NCBI GenBank assembly: GCA_036172245.1
Contig: JAYWIR010000042.1
Span: forward strand, 558,001-622,000
DNA from: Raillietiella orientalis
Lineage: Eukaryota
Reading direction: 5' to 3'
Length of the DNA stretch: 64,000 bases
Below, one piece after another: positions 51,901-64,000 of the stretch (the stretch's first letter is position 1; each line of letters opens with the position of its first letter). Below the pieces are notes generated by a model that worked only from the letters and a program-made list of their open reading frames with translations, was not told the origin of the DNA and did no database searches. The translations under genes and the position numbers were made by a program.

Positions 51901-54308
51901 AGTATTCCTGAGCATAGTAAAGCGCCATCGAGTCATGAGTGACTTTCACGAGTGCCAGAGGGTCGGTGCCCGACCAAATGGTGGACGCTTGAATGAACGA
52001 AACGTCTCCAAGAATCCTTCGGCGGATGGATCAAACAAATGTCCCTGGACAGGTACACTTTCATGGTGATGACAATCTGACCAAATAGGCGAACGGAGAG
52101 ATCACGAAGAATGTGCTATATGGGGAATCAAAGACAATCAGAGATATGGGGAGAACTTCTCAGGGATCACTTGAATTAGGCAACTGTTTATCGCATAGTG
52201 ATGGAGATATCTGCAGCCACAGGGCGGCGGCGGAGTCAGCTATTTCTTTCGACTAGAGCAGCTGGAAGGTGTCAAAGGCGACTCACAACTGAAACACCTT
52301 TTTGAGAAAGGCTCGAGGAAAAAGATGTGAACTCAAATCGAATTTCCCCCTCCCGGTTGGGGTGAAGCACTTCACTACTGAATAGTCAGGCAGTTCGCTT
52401 GCTTGTCAGATGGCGGTCGCCAAACTAAATTAATGATCTTCCGGCTTAACGGTGGGCGCTATCAAGGAACAGCCAATGAGACAAACGGCAAGGATTATTT
52501 GCACATAAAACGCTGGGAAACTCTGATACTTCGAACACTCTTCCCATTGAGCAACATGGCCGGATGTAAGCATCGGCCGTTTACCTTGCCGGTAACGGAC
52601 TAAGGAATCCTTGGAGCATCACCGACAACGTGGAAGTAAAGCTCGTCTTATCAGGAATCGCGCCTATGCCGCAGAGGCAGCACCAGAAAGCAGTTCCGCA
52701 TCAGATCTTGTCTCATTCTCATTTCGCAATGATCTGATGAAAATGAGACCTTCCATAGCATTGCCTGCTATCAAGGACATGGGGAATCGTTCACATGAGC
52801 GCTGGATCCTGATTTTCGAGGACGAAAGCAGCTTGAAATATGAGCCAAGGGGAACGAGAATTCAGCCGCCGTTGCCCACGAACCTTCAGCGTATCATTAA
52901 AGATTGAAACCACGGACGCAAAGGAAGGGAATATTCCGAGCTCCGTGGTGGAAGAAAATGTTTCCATCTGGACAGCAGCCGCGGGTTGCGTTGAGGAGCT
53001 GCCCTCGCTGAGATCAGGAGCAAAGATTTTCGCATCCCAATCATCGGATTTGCCTTATCAGGAAAGCATCAGAAGCAGCGGTGGCGAGGCAAAAACAGAG
53101 TACGCTCGGCATTCTGCTCGCTTTGAAGTCAAATGACGTTCGAGTTAGGTGATTGACAAGGAAGTGTTTGTGCTTGTGCGCATGCATGGCTCTGTACCCA
53201 AGATTTTTTTATGTACTTCTTCTATGGGAAATCGCTAAATCGCAAGCTGTCCGCAGTGATGGTGCTTGTATTCCAATCGGTTTTCAGTTACGGAGCAAGA
53301 AATCCCCTTTAAAGAAGCTGTTTCCCCTGGTAATCGTCCTACAGATGCGAGCAGCCGACGGCGCCACTGAAACTAAAAAGCAGGGCTGCTGACCGCTTTC
53401 CAGGATGGTAATCCTCTCGATGAGAAAGAATCTTCAACATGGGAAGAGGGATTCTGACGTTAAGGAACGTTAGAAAATTTGTTAGAAAGAAATTCATCCA
53501 TCATGCCGAAGCTTCTTGGGATCAAAGGGAGAAGTTTATGGTATTCCGAAAAGGAAAATAAAGACAAGAGTTCGATTAGGGGGAAAGGCTGAGGTTTGGC
53601 CAAATAAAGGAGGGAATCGGGAAGGAACGAGAACTCACCGCAGTTCCCAGTATTTCATAAATGCAAAACACGGACACTACACACTAAATCAGTCATTTAG
53701 AATTTAGAGGTGCCACGTTTCTTCATTACTTAGATCTTGTTCCCTGCTTACATTCATGCCCTTGTTCTATATATCAGTCTCTTTCCCCAGCGCAATCCAC
53801 TTGAAAAGCGTTTTCTCTTTTTTTTTTTTTTTTTCTACATTGAAGCAAGTATGTTCGAGGTTTTCGAAAGAGTTTACGAAAAAAAAAAACAAAAAACTCT
53901 GGACAGTCGTATCTTATGCGTGCTTTAATTGGCAAATTGCACTGATAATAAGCCATAATAGAAAAACTTCTCCCAGGAAGAGGCTCCTTGTATACGTGAA
54001 GCGCGCGAGAGAGAAGTTCTCGCCAGTCTTAGAGATGCTCCATATTCCCATAACCTATTTTACAAGAAACTGGCAACTGGGAAACCAAAGATAGCGAAAT
54101 TGCGTCATCAGTTCCATACCGCATTCACGAATGCAGGTTTTTTTTTTTTTTTTTTCGAAACGAAACTCTCATCCCAAGGGATCAACAGATTTCATCTCAC
54201 GAAATGCCCGCGTCCTGACGAATTTCAGCCCCTCGAGCGAAAACTCGGTCCTGCTCGCGCGGACCGCTAGCGAACGTTCCCATTCATCAGAGGAAAAGGG
54301 ATTCTTAC

Positions 54309-54381
54309 CGATGAGATCCCACTCTCCGTTGGTGATGTACGTACTGATATCTCCTTTGTCTTCATTCAGGAGAAGATCGAG
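54309..54381 (-). CDS. nAChRalpha6: nAChR exon (exon 6 equivalent): [24 protein letters not shown](G)
   Basis: 73 bp; acceptor ccacccaacag, donor gtaaga; loop F / NGEW motif; follows a 65-bp intron. Confidence 0.95.
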
Positions 54382-54446
54382 CTGTTGGGTGGAAACGAGA
54401 GGGATGAAGAGAGGAAAAACTGCGCATCCGTAAGCAAATCCCTTAC

Positions 54447-54627
54447 CTTAGAACCGGTGTAGGTCCAGGAGCCAAATTTCAAAACGCACTTCTGATCATC
54501 GAACGGGAAAAACGTGATGTCTATCTTACAGGTGCTTTTGAAAATTCCCGGTGGCATGAAAAGACAGCTCCCATTGCTCGACACGACAACGTTGGAAGGA
54601 TACGTGACGTCAAATCTCTCATCAGCG
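54447..54627 (-). CDS. nAChRalpha6: nAChR exon (equivalent to insect alpha6 exon 5): (S)[60 protein letters not shown]
   Basis: 181 bp; acceptor ttattcctttcag, donor gtaagg; contains loop E, the Cys-loop and loop B. Confidence 0.96.
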
Positions 54628-57600
54628 CTGAAAGGAATAAAGACATGTAGCAGCGTGGCGGCTCAAAGCAGCTCATTGCTCGTGAGGTTTGAGGGAATTC
54701 AGGAAATGCTCAACGGTTCCTGCACTCTCGTTTTTCTTTAAATTCCCTCGTGCTGCTTCAGCGACAGACCTCTTTTAAATTTGTAGCTTTTTTCCCATTC
54801 CTAGTCCGATCATCTCCAAGATGGGAAGCAGGAAGTCGAAGACTCGCTAGAAACAGCAGATGACTGCTAGGAAATCTGCGAGACCACGCTGAATGTATAG
54901 TACGTTGATTTTTCTATATCGAGCAAGGGTCGACCATTCTTTCTTATTAGTCACCCGCACTTTTCCAAGGGAGAAATCTGCCTTAATTTCAACCGTCAAT
55001 TTCGAAGAGCAGAACTGCCAAAAGGAAACCTCAGTGTGCGGTGCCGAAATGTTAGGGCTGCTCAAAGTTTGAGGTCAGAGCGATCTCTTGTGAGCAGGAA
55101 GCACACAGGTGGCACTCTATCTTCCTAGTAGTCGTTTTTCCCGCTCCGTTCTAACTAATTCTTCATCCTCAGGAACCTCAAGATTGAAGACTATTATTTT
55201 CCCACCCCCTCAAGCTTATCTTGGCTGAAAAATCGTTGCTAACTCGAAAACAACAGAAACGTGCAAACTGATACCGACTCCTGGTCGCTTCATCTTAATG
55301 CACGGATGCGCAATGAAATGTACAGTTTTCCTCTTATCTAATAATATCTAAAAACGACTTTGATAGCAGTTCGAAAACAAACCTCTTTCGATTACTTCAG
55401 ACAACCGATAACCAAGGAAGCCATTCTGAATGATAATGAAACCCCTCATGCCTGCCATCTGAATTCGTTTGTTACCATGAAAACGAAGATTAGTCTTTTT
55501 CACGACCATCATGGATCTGTAATGAATCAGGAAGAGCAGCAGCAGGAGTCGGTTTCCTCGAGTGATTCCCCATCAGGAAGTCAATGTGCATCGCGGGTGT
55601 TACTTATCTGGAATTCCAGATAAGTAACTCCCGGTGTATTTCTAGATGGAAGCGCCGATTACAAGATGTCTTCTGACGGAGGATCCTCGTGCCCTTCGCT
55701 CCACTTGAATCTTCTCATGAGAGACTGCAAGGTGCCACGCACCCGAATCCCGTTTTGTTTGAACCAACGCAGGCTCCATCCAAGAAAATCGAAAATTCCA
55801 ATTCCGAGCTCTGATCCTCATTTGGGACTTCCGTGATGAGAGAGTGAGCACATCATCCTTCCTGACGGAATTGCTGGGAAGATCGTGATTTGTTTGTGAT
55901 ATGATGTGTTTATTTAGATGTGATGATCACCCAAACTCCCATAACATGCGGAAGGCGAACCGAAAATCCTTTTGTCAGCAGCGGAACAGATGAATCTCCA
56001 TTGACTTGACGTGGGTTCGCTTTTCCGGGATTGCATCGATCGGAGTTTGAGTCGTCCTCGGGAATTCTTTGCGATTTCCGAGCTCGACCGATGACTCTGA
56101 AGACACCTCGGAACTTTTGCGGTGAAGAAGCTGAGACCAGCACGGCAGCCTTCTTTCCTTTTCAGTTGCATCTCCCTTTCGCATTACACGCGACTTCTCT
56201 TCTACGCTGCTGCCATTTTTCTTTCAAAAACCAACCGTTACAGTTTCCAGCACTCATCCCCAAACGTGCAATTTGAACCAGTTGTTCCCCAGTGCAGTTT
56301 TCAGCTGCATTCTACTCAGTCAGCTGATTCCATTGCATCTTCAGCACTAAGGGTGCAAAGAGCTTTCAAAAATTCGAACCCATACCAGACAGGTTTCCCG
56401 AGAGGAAACACAAAGACAAACTTGAGGGTATAAGAGTTCGAACCGGACGGGTGCATAGAACGCTTTGGCAAGTCAGGACGCACTGGTCTCCTGATTCAGA
56501 GGGACGCTGAAGGCAAAAATCTGATCGTAAGGAATGGCACATCCGAAAGTAAAAGTAAGTTCATCCGCTCTAGGTAGTCGAACTCCATTTTCCTTTTCAG
56601 ACGAATTCTGGGCGTTGCCATCCTTTGGCTCTTCTCAGAACATCCCGGAAGCCACTCAGCTCACCAGAGCTGGGCTGATGGAGCGAAGGTGTATTCAGAA
56701 TCGACTAGCATGCAAGATCGGAGAATCCCAGGTCGTGCGAATTTGTCAGGGAGACCCTCTCTTCAAGAGGGAAAATCCTGAGCGTACAAGTGGTTACCGT
56801 GGATAGGCCGGTGCACATGCCAGACACACCTTCGGTTGCAGGATGAAAGGGAAGCATCGGGAAGGAACGCCACGATGCGTACTGCAGTGCGAGCTTCTCG
56901 AAGCTTCGCAAGTGCTCATTCGCCTTCTAAATGTCCTTCATTCTGACTGTGGCCTGGAGCAGGAAGAAAAGCTGGAAAGCGAGACCAGGCTCCGAAGGCG
57001 TTGTTCCGCTAGAACCCCTAAGCCACCCCCCGTATTATCTGAACAATGCATGCGGATCAAAAGTTCGGTTCGCACTCCAGGTTCCCTTGCTCAGGTTTGC
57101 AAATTTCCGGCAGGATCTCTGCCCCCAGTAGTTGAAGATGGTCTTCCGATCGGTTTCTATTTTCTTTACGAAGGAACGAAGCTAAGCAGCGCAGCGATTT
57201 CTATTAGCAGGAGAAAGATGGAAGACGCCCGCCTTTCCCCACCTTCCTCTTCAGCTTCACGGTGCCTTCCGACTTGGTCACGTCACGTCAAGCCTTACCG
57301 TCGTTTCAGTAGTCTTTGATCATTTTCACGAATATGCAACGGGAGCTCTCTCGTACTAAACACCGACCACTGTCCCCTATTCCGTACAATATTCGCCTCA
57401 GGTAGGCTTATTCAGCTTCCGCTTAAGGTGTTTTTAACTGGATAAGCCGATAGATGGAAACTTTTGCTTTTTCCATAAAGGATCTTCATATGTACTGAGC
57501 TGTGCGTTTTCTGATTGGCCATTCATCAGAGATGATGGGGAAGTCATCGTCGTAAAAAAGTTTGTCGATCTTCTGTGACGTAATTAAATTTCAGCGAAAG

Positions 57601-60600
57601 AGTTTTCCACATTTTCCACAAGAGAGAATGCTGTCACTGATTTTTTGTCCTGAGAATTGCTGTCCCGGTAGATTTATCCCTGTTCCGCGAGCGCTTTGTT
57701 TTCGTTTGCTGGAAGCATGGTTTTAAGAAAACATAACGGTCCAGTTGGATTTTTTCGCTTTTCCCACCTCACATGTCATGGAAACGTGAGAAAAACAACA
57801 AATAACCGCCCGCTCATGAGATAAGAGCTGTACAATCCTTGCTTTCGATGCTCTTAAGCCCACTGCAGTTCTTTCGGCCCGGGAACGCGGTGATGGCATC
57901 ATGAGAAGCCCTGCAGGCTGTGAAACACACTTCCATGTTTCGTTTCCTTGCCAACAACAAGGATAATTCGTAGGAATTATCCTTGTTCTGGAAGTTAATT
58001 TTAATGCAGAGGGGCTGGGAGCCGAAATATTAAAATGATTCGATAGACGCTGCAGCACTCACAGGAAAACGAAAGATCAAACATGACCAAGGATATACAT
58101 CAAACTTTGGGATGCACGGTGTTTTTCTTAATCTCCTCCGCTAAAAGCCTTACAGCTATCCCCAAGTGTTGCTTTCTTTCTTATTAGCACGCTGGGTGCT
58201 GCAAGTTCACAAGCCTCTTTCTCTTTTGAATTCCAACCTTGGATTTGTCTGCGGTGTATTTTACAGTGAGTTTATTTTTCGTACTGACGTGCTAAGCTCC
58301 TCCCAGAGAGATTTTCGAATAGAGAAAACGCATCTGCTGCAAAGCTTTATTTTTATGGAAATTGATCTAAAGTCTGCCAGTGAGTAGATCGTGTGAGTTG
58401 CTAGATTCACAGCATTCAACTCATGGTACTGTACTGCCCCAGGTTTCGTTCCACCATGGAGTCTTTAATTGCTCATAACTTGTAGCCTTCTGCTCGCTGG
58501 CAGTACAAGAAGAAAAAAAAAAACACAGGGTTAGAGGAAAAGTCGAGAGGCCACTAAACCGTTGCGGACACCTTGAAGCCTGGGATTACGCGAATTTCAT
58601 ACACTTGGGCCGCATGTCAGAACATTTCAAGGCTGATCCTACAGAAACGTTAGAGGAACCATTGGAAGAATTCAGAAGACTGGAAGTATCGAGAACTTCC
58701 ATAGCCATTCATACCTAAAGATGGGTTTTCTGGAATCAGTGAAGAACGTATGCCATGCGTGTACGGAGAGGAAGTGAGGGCACGATTTCAAGATAAAGCC
58801 TCAGCTAACCTCGTCTGCATGTGGATCTTTCAGATTAGGTCATTCTTTCTACTGATTGCTTGTCGGACGTCATCTTGCACACAGTAGTAATTCACAGAAT
58901 CGCACTTAGCGAGAATTCACTGAGCATTATCTAAGGAAAATGATGCTATGAAGCTCATCTCACATCATGTTAGGTAAATGCAGTAAACCTTCTACGCACT
59001 CATTTCCTACATGGCTTTTTTTGTTTTTTGTTTTGAATCACCTAGAAAGATGGAAAAACTCGCAAGTACTAATAAGTCTTTTATAGGAATTGAGGAATTC
59101 GACTTATTTGGTAGAGGTACGAAGCAATCTGAAGTCAAGCTCATTCGCGATGTGAAGAAACAGATGCATGTTTATAGATCAGTTCAGTTGATGATATGTG
59201 GTAGTGAGGACAGTCGAGAACATGAATTGCCCTCCATTGTGCCTTCAAACACATTCAGATCGGAATGATTTTTTAGTCAGGAGATTGGGAAAAATCTTGT
59301 ATACCTAATTTCACATGCTCATTGGCTCTTGGATCTCGCATCACTTATGAAACTTATCAACGATGCTTCGTTCGTAGGTCTTGATCTAGATCCTTCTTAA
59401 ATTCTACTATTTCAAAATCACTCTTGATCCCTTCTATGCGTGTGTCTGCATCTTCAACTCGAGCCTCCTGTTGCCATGGGAAGACGCAGTTCGCATCACC
59501 GAAATCACTTTGTCATGATTTTGCAACCAGAAACTGAAATCGAGAAACTTCTGAGTGAGTTTCCAAAGCACATGTGCACGAGTACGTGGGCTTTCGTGGT
59601 TAAGGAATGTTCCAATGAGATATGGCGCATCGCATCACACAGCCAAACTGCGTAAGGTTGGGTGAATCCTATGGTATGCATCCTTAAATAATAGTTCCTT
59701 GTTACGGAAGGCACGATTACTAATTTCGTCTTTACCCGGTAAATTCCATGACGACGATCAAGAAAAAGTTTCCAGAGAGCATTTCTTCCAGCATCTTTTG
59801 CATTCCATGCAATGGAACTTGTAAGGAACCAGGGAGACGAAACCTTGAGGACTCCATAATGACTGAACAATTTCTTCTGCAGAAAAACTGCTTCTATCAT
59901 AATTTATCAGTTTACCTCGAGAGCGATATTTTTAATGCTAGAAGAAGAGAAGCTAATCAGAAAAGATGTTCTGGCAACCGTGAGGCCAACTATGTACAAC
60001 CTGCTTATTTATTTTCAACGACGGAGCAAACAATAGTGAAGAATGACTACATAGTGAGTTGGTCTTTATAAGTGAAGAGTCACCTCATTTGAAAGCTCGC
60101 TGAATTTCAAGGAACGAAGTTTTTTCTAGCAAATTAGAAATGGATCTCTCTCGTTTTTTCGCCCACGAATTTCCCTATGCCTAGCCAGCCGTAAGATTGA
60201 GTGCTTTTTTTTTTCTCGTACGGTACGCACAAGCGTAAGATCTTCCATCCAAAGAAAACTTTCCATCATTTCCATGCAAAGGGCTTTTTTGCCTTCTCCT
60301 TTGTGCATGGTGGCTTAGGGAAAACTTTTGTTCCTGTAATGAAAATGAGGGACTCGTGGCTACTAGCACTCCTCGGAGGTGAACACCTTTCCTTCGAAGC
60401 CACCTTCTTCCTGCAAAGCTGATGCCCTCCGTCTGTCTGAACTCCGTCTTTGACAAACCGTGGCCCCATACTATGCTGTATCGACGAACCAACTCGCCAA
60501 TCCTTGATTTCTTTCCCAGTTGCTCTCAAGACGAAGCTTCTTACAAGCTTTAGTCTCGTCCCCAAGCCAGTTTCGGGATGGGAATGGCGGAAATTGGCAC

Positions 60601-63600
60601 GCCGCATCCATTGAAATCGATGTGAAGGAATTACGCCATGTGTACTGTCCTTTTACATCCCTTCTGAGTGTTGCGCCTGTCTTCGCATCAAGAGGACGGC
60701 CAGCAGCACATCTACTTGCCTGGAGTCTTGGTGATTCTGAGAAATGTCTTCGCACAGAGGGATCGCATGGTGCAAATGCACCATGCGATAACTGCTACCT
60801 AATTGGTTTCATCTGCTCACGGATCGAGCGAGTAGCAGCATTGCAACGTAGAACTTTTGTGGCTTCCACAGTCCGTAAACTGCGTTGCTTCCATCCGGAA
60901 ATCCTCATTCACCCACTTATCATTCCGTGTCCGCATCTACTGATCATCGAAAAGCTGACTGCAACTTTCCTGACTCACGGATACGTTCGCTCAAGCGATT
61001 TTTTCTTGCTTAGGTGGTGGCATGTTCTTCTTTTCATTCTCTCCATATTCGCTACACTTGGGATGCAGACACGGAACCATCGTTTTCTTCCTCCTCCTCT
61101 TCTTCTTCTTCTTCTTGTCCACCCACATCAACTCAACTGCCTTCAATCTGGGGCTCTTTTCTAGAGGCAGTTGGAAAAGAATTTTAGGAAGGCTGGCTTC
61201 GCCCGTGCGCCAATGCCTATCCTGGAATGAAGGGATGCTAGTTTGCCCAAGGGTGACACGAAGCTGTAATCTCCACATTTTAGTGGTCATTCCCTCGATC
61301 GGCGCAGTTTGTTTCTCTAATTCGTTCTTACACGTATGAGTATCCATTATGGTACGCTGCCTGCTGCAGCAAGCTTGCGTTGTTCCGCAAGCTTTCCTTG
61401 CTTGCTGTTCGTTGCTAGGCTGCTCGTTGCCTAGAGGAGTCAATTCTATCAAGCGTGAACTTAGTTTCCTTTTGAGTCCTTCCTTTGCTGAAAGATACTT
61501 CCTTTCCTTTTCGTTCCACCTAAGATTGCAACTCTTGGAAGTTTTTGCGACAACGTTTGGAATGATCAACGTGGTTTCCTTATTGGTCTGCATAGATCCC
61601 TGAACGTGATTTTTCGATCTTGGATCATAGAAGTGATTCCATAATTCCAAATAAAGTACCTCAGTGCTTTAGATGTGTTCACAGCCTTTCACATTTCTTG
61701 ATCTTAATTTCAAAGCTCTTTCTCTTGAAACACAGGTCATGTTCTCAACATTGTTCATGCCAAGAACTTGAATTCTCACCTATTTAACCGTTGAAATTTG
61801 TGTAACATCAAGTAGCTCTCAAAGTTTCCGGGAGACTCTGAATGCCAAGTCCTCTCAGAATTGTTCTCATATGATGAAGAGATTTTTTCGGTCATCTTTC
61901 AGTGACAAGAAAAATCAACTGCATTACATTTAACAGGTGTGTTAAGACACAAATTCCAGATCTTTGCTCCTGGATGCTGTTGAGCAACAACCACGGGTGT
62001 CACTGCAGTTGTCGCCATGGCTACTGAGATGAAATCATTCTGCTACTGTATGTAAAGAGTCGAAAATGGAGATAAACCTCTACAAATAAGTAAACAAACT
62101 TAGGAGAGAGCAGAAGGAAGAAACCTGTCAGCGTTTCCGCCGGCGACAGTATGAAAATCATAAAAAACTCAGAACTGGAACACAGAGCCAAAAGGAGTTC
62201 GGTTCGAATACCAACGTAGCTGCTAGTCCACCTCGACCACAGAAAGTGCCACTTTTCTTTTTGAACACAGTGGTCCCCTGTGTTGACTCATTCATGGCTT
62301 GCAGCATCATAATAGTAATAGGAGAAACAGAATGCCCGCAAAAGCATTTTCAGAACACCCAGGTAGTACTCTGAAATGCAATAGCAGTCGATTCCTTTTA
62401 AAACAAATGGAAGGCGCGAGCTTCGATGTTTAAGGCAGGAAGGGGACTTAGACGAGAAAGAGCAAACCCTTGCAAATTCGAAACCAATTTGGTGATACAT
62501 CCTAAGGTTTGGTACAGGATCATGGGAAGTACCTCGTGAAGTGCATAGGCTAAAGATGAAGAGGAGGATTACACTGTCATAAGTGAATATTCCTCCGAAG
62601 TCATATGCAAATACGCCAATAGTGTGAGTCGTTCTAATGCGGTTCTCTTAAAACCCTTCGAATCCCATATTTCCAGAATTGCACCTCATGCAGAAAAATC
62701 CTGGAATCACAGGAAAATGGCATTTCTTCGACTTCCTAACTGATCCTTCTAAATTTCTCCTTTTTCTCATTTCAGCCTTCCACAACGGTCATGCACAATC
62801 GCGCCCACTAATAAAGTATTATTCAACCAAAACGACAAATTTCCGGGATCGTTGCTACGCAGCAGCTTGGACGGTACCGATGAAATGATTACGAGAGGCA
62901 ATGATGAAATCACTCGATTGGCATAGAAGACAAACGAGATGCGGCGCAGAACGAAAAAGAAGGCTTCGTTCTTCAAGTTTCACCGAGACCAAGCGAACTT
63001 CCGTTGGTTTGAAGACACTTTGCTTCCTGCTTCCCTGAGTTGATCCGAGGTTTGTGAAATTTGTTTGCATTAGGAGTCCCATTCCCAATCGCCCGGCGAG
63101 TGCAGTTTTCCACAAGAGACTTCCACAAGAGACCTGCAAGGGTATTCGAGCATGAAAGTGTTGCAAACGGGTTAAAGAACGTGCGTGGATGAGAAACTGG
63201 TTATAGATCAGCTCTGTAGAAGGAAACTCCGAGAATTCGCTGCATCCCAATCTTCTAGCATCAGGTTCCTCTTAAGCAGTCGCTACTGATTTTAACGACG
63301 GTCCACGACTTGAAGTTGCCTTTTTTAGTATTCGGAATCGTTTTTCCTATTTTTATGCAAGTTGTCGCTTCTTGGAGTGAAGAGAGCAAAGGATCCACGT
63401 GTTCGCCCAGTATTAATGCAGAAAAGGAATGTTAATGCGGAATACTGCAAAGCTGATAATACGGAAAGAAAGAGAAAGCATTTGGTATAGGAAAGTTGCA
63501 TTTCGAAGAATCCAAAGCAAACCAAGAGGGTCTTTTCAGGAAAGTCCGTGCCGAAAAGTTGCATCACTATCGAAGAATAATCTCAAAAATTCGGAATTTG

Positions 63601-64000
63601 GACATCTACCTACACGTCCCGCATCAGGAGCAGTCAACTACTGCATCTTCTGCATTCTGGACTCGAGAATCTGCGCGTGATGTATCTTCCGTTCAATCAT
63701 CCGACGTACAACAGTGAACGCAAGAAATCCTGGTAACCCTTTCTCAAGTACCATGGACACAACCCTTTTACTATTATCAAGAAGACTAAGTGCACTGGAG
63801 CCGAACATTGAAATGCAAAGAAATGGGACCTTCAGGAGCGTGTGCTCCCATTTCCGCTCCCGTCCGATTTAATAGATTAGCATCCTCAATCTCTGGTATC
63901 TGAATTTGACGAACAGGATGTTCCAGAATTTTCTATTGCCACGAGAACAGGTTTTCAGTCTTTGTGGATTTTAAACAATCTACCGGCTGCAGGTTTTGCA

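Larger units (their letters stand above)
27287..54627 (-). other. nAChRalpha6: Nicotinic acetylcholine receptor alpha subunit gene, alpha6/alpha7 group (5'-partial; span of coding exons in window)
   Basis: Spliced exons give the Cys-loop [15 protein letters not shown], loop B WTY, loop C YQCC (vicinal cysteines = alpha subunit), TM1, GEK cation filter, TM2, TM3, MX/MA helices and TM4. GT-AG introns of 65, 5321, 1078, 743, 7307, 473 and 11087 bp have compatible phases. Duplicated TM2 exons resemble insect alpha6 8a/8b; exact orthology (alpha5/6/7) needs a phylogeny. Confidence 0.95.

Noticed and set aside
61500..61535. NLRWNE in ORF 60991-61650, resembling nAChR exon 4 (YNLRWN)
   Set aside because: Flanking residues do not match, and no KPD/LMYN motif or suitable splice sites follow.

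Overview
Eukaryotic, intron-rich animal (most likely arthropod) genomic DNA; no prokaryotic operons, rRNA, intact tRNA genes or CRISPR arrays were seen. The only well-supported protein-coding gene is the 3' part of a minus-strand nicotinic acetylcholine receptor alpha subunit of the alpha6/alpha7 group (54627 down to the stop at 27287). It has six constitutive exons plus two 87-bp paralogous TM2 exons that correspond to the mutually exclusive exons 8a and 8b of insect alpha6. All introns are GT-AG and the phases join into one frame of about 392 aa; the 5' exons were not found and probably lie beyond 64000. The most interesting signal is a set of colinear complementary segments in the introns around the two TM2 exons. 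They include a nested duplex enclosing exon 8b, a stem enclosing exon 8a, and a central G-rich element with partners on both sides, which together suggest an RNA-structure switch choosing the pore exon. Elsewhere there are a 110-bp near-perfect inverted repeat, a ~560-bp AT-rich foldback inside the last intron, two copies of a tRNA-headed SINE-like element, a candidate poly(A)-tailed retroposed element, a hairpin-dense GC-rich block and decayed CR1-like LINE fragments. All pairings and alignments were made by eye; none were computed.
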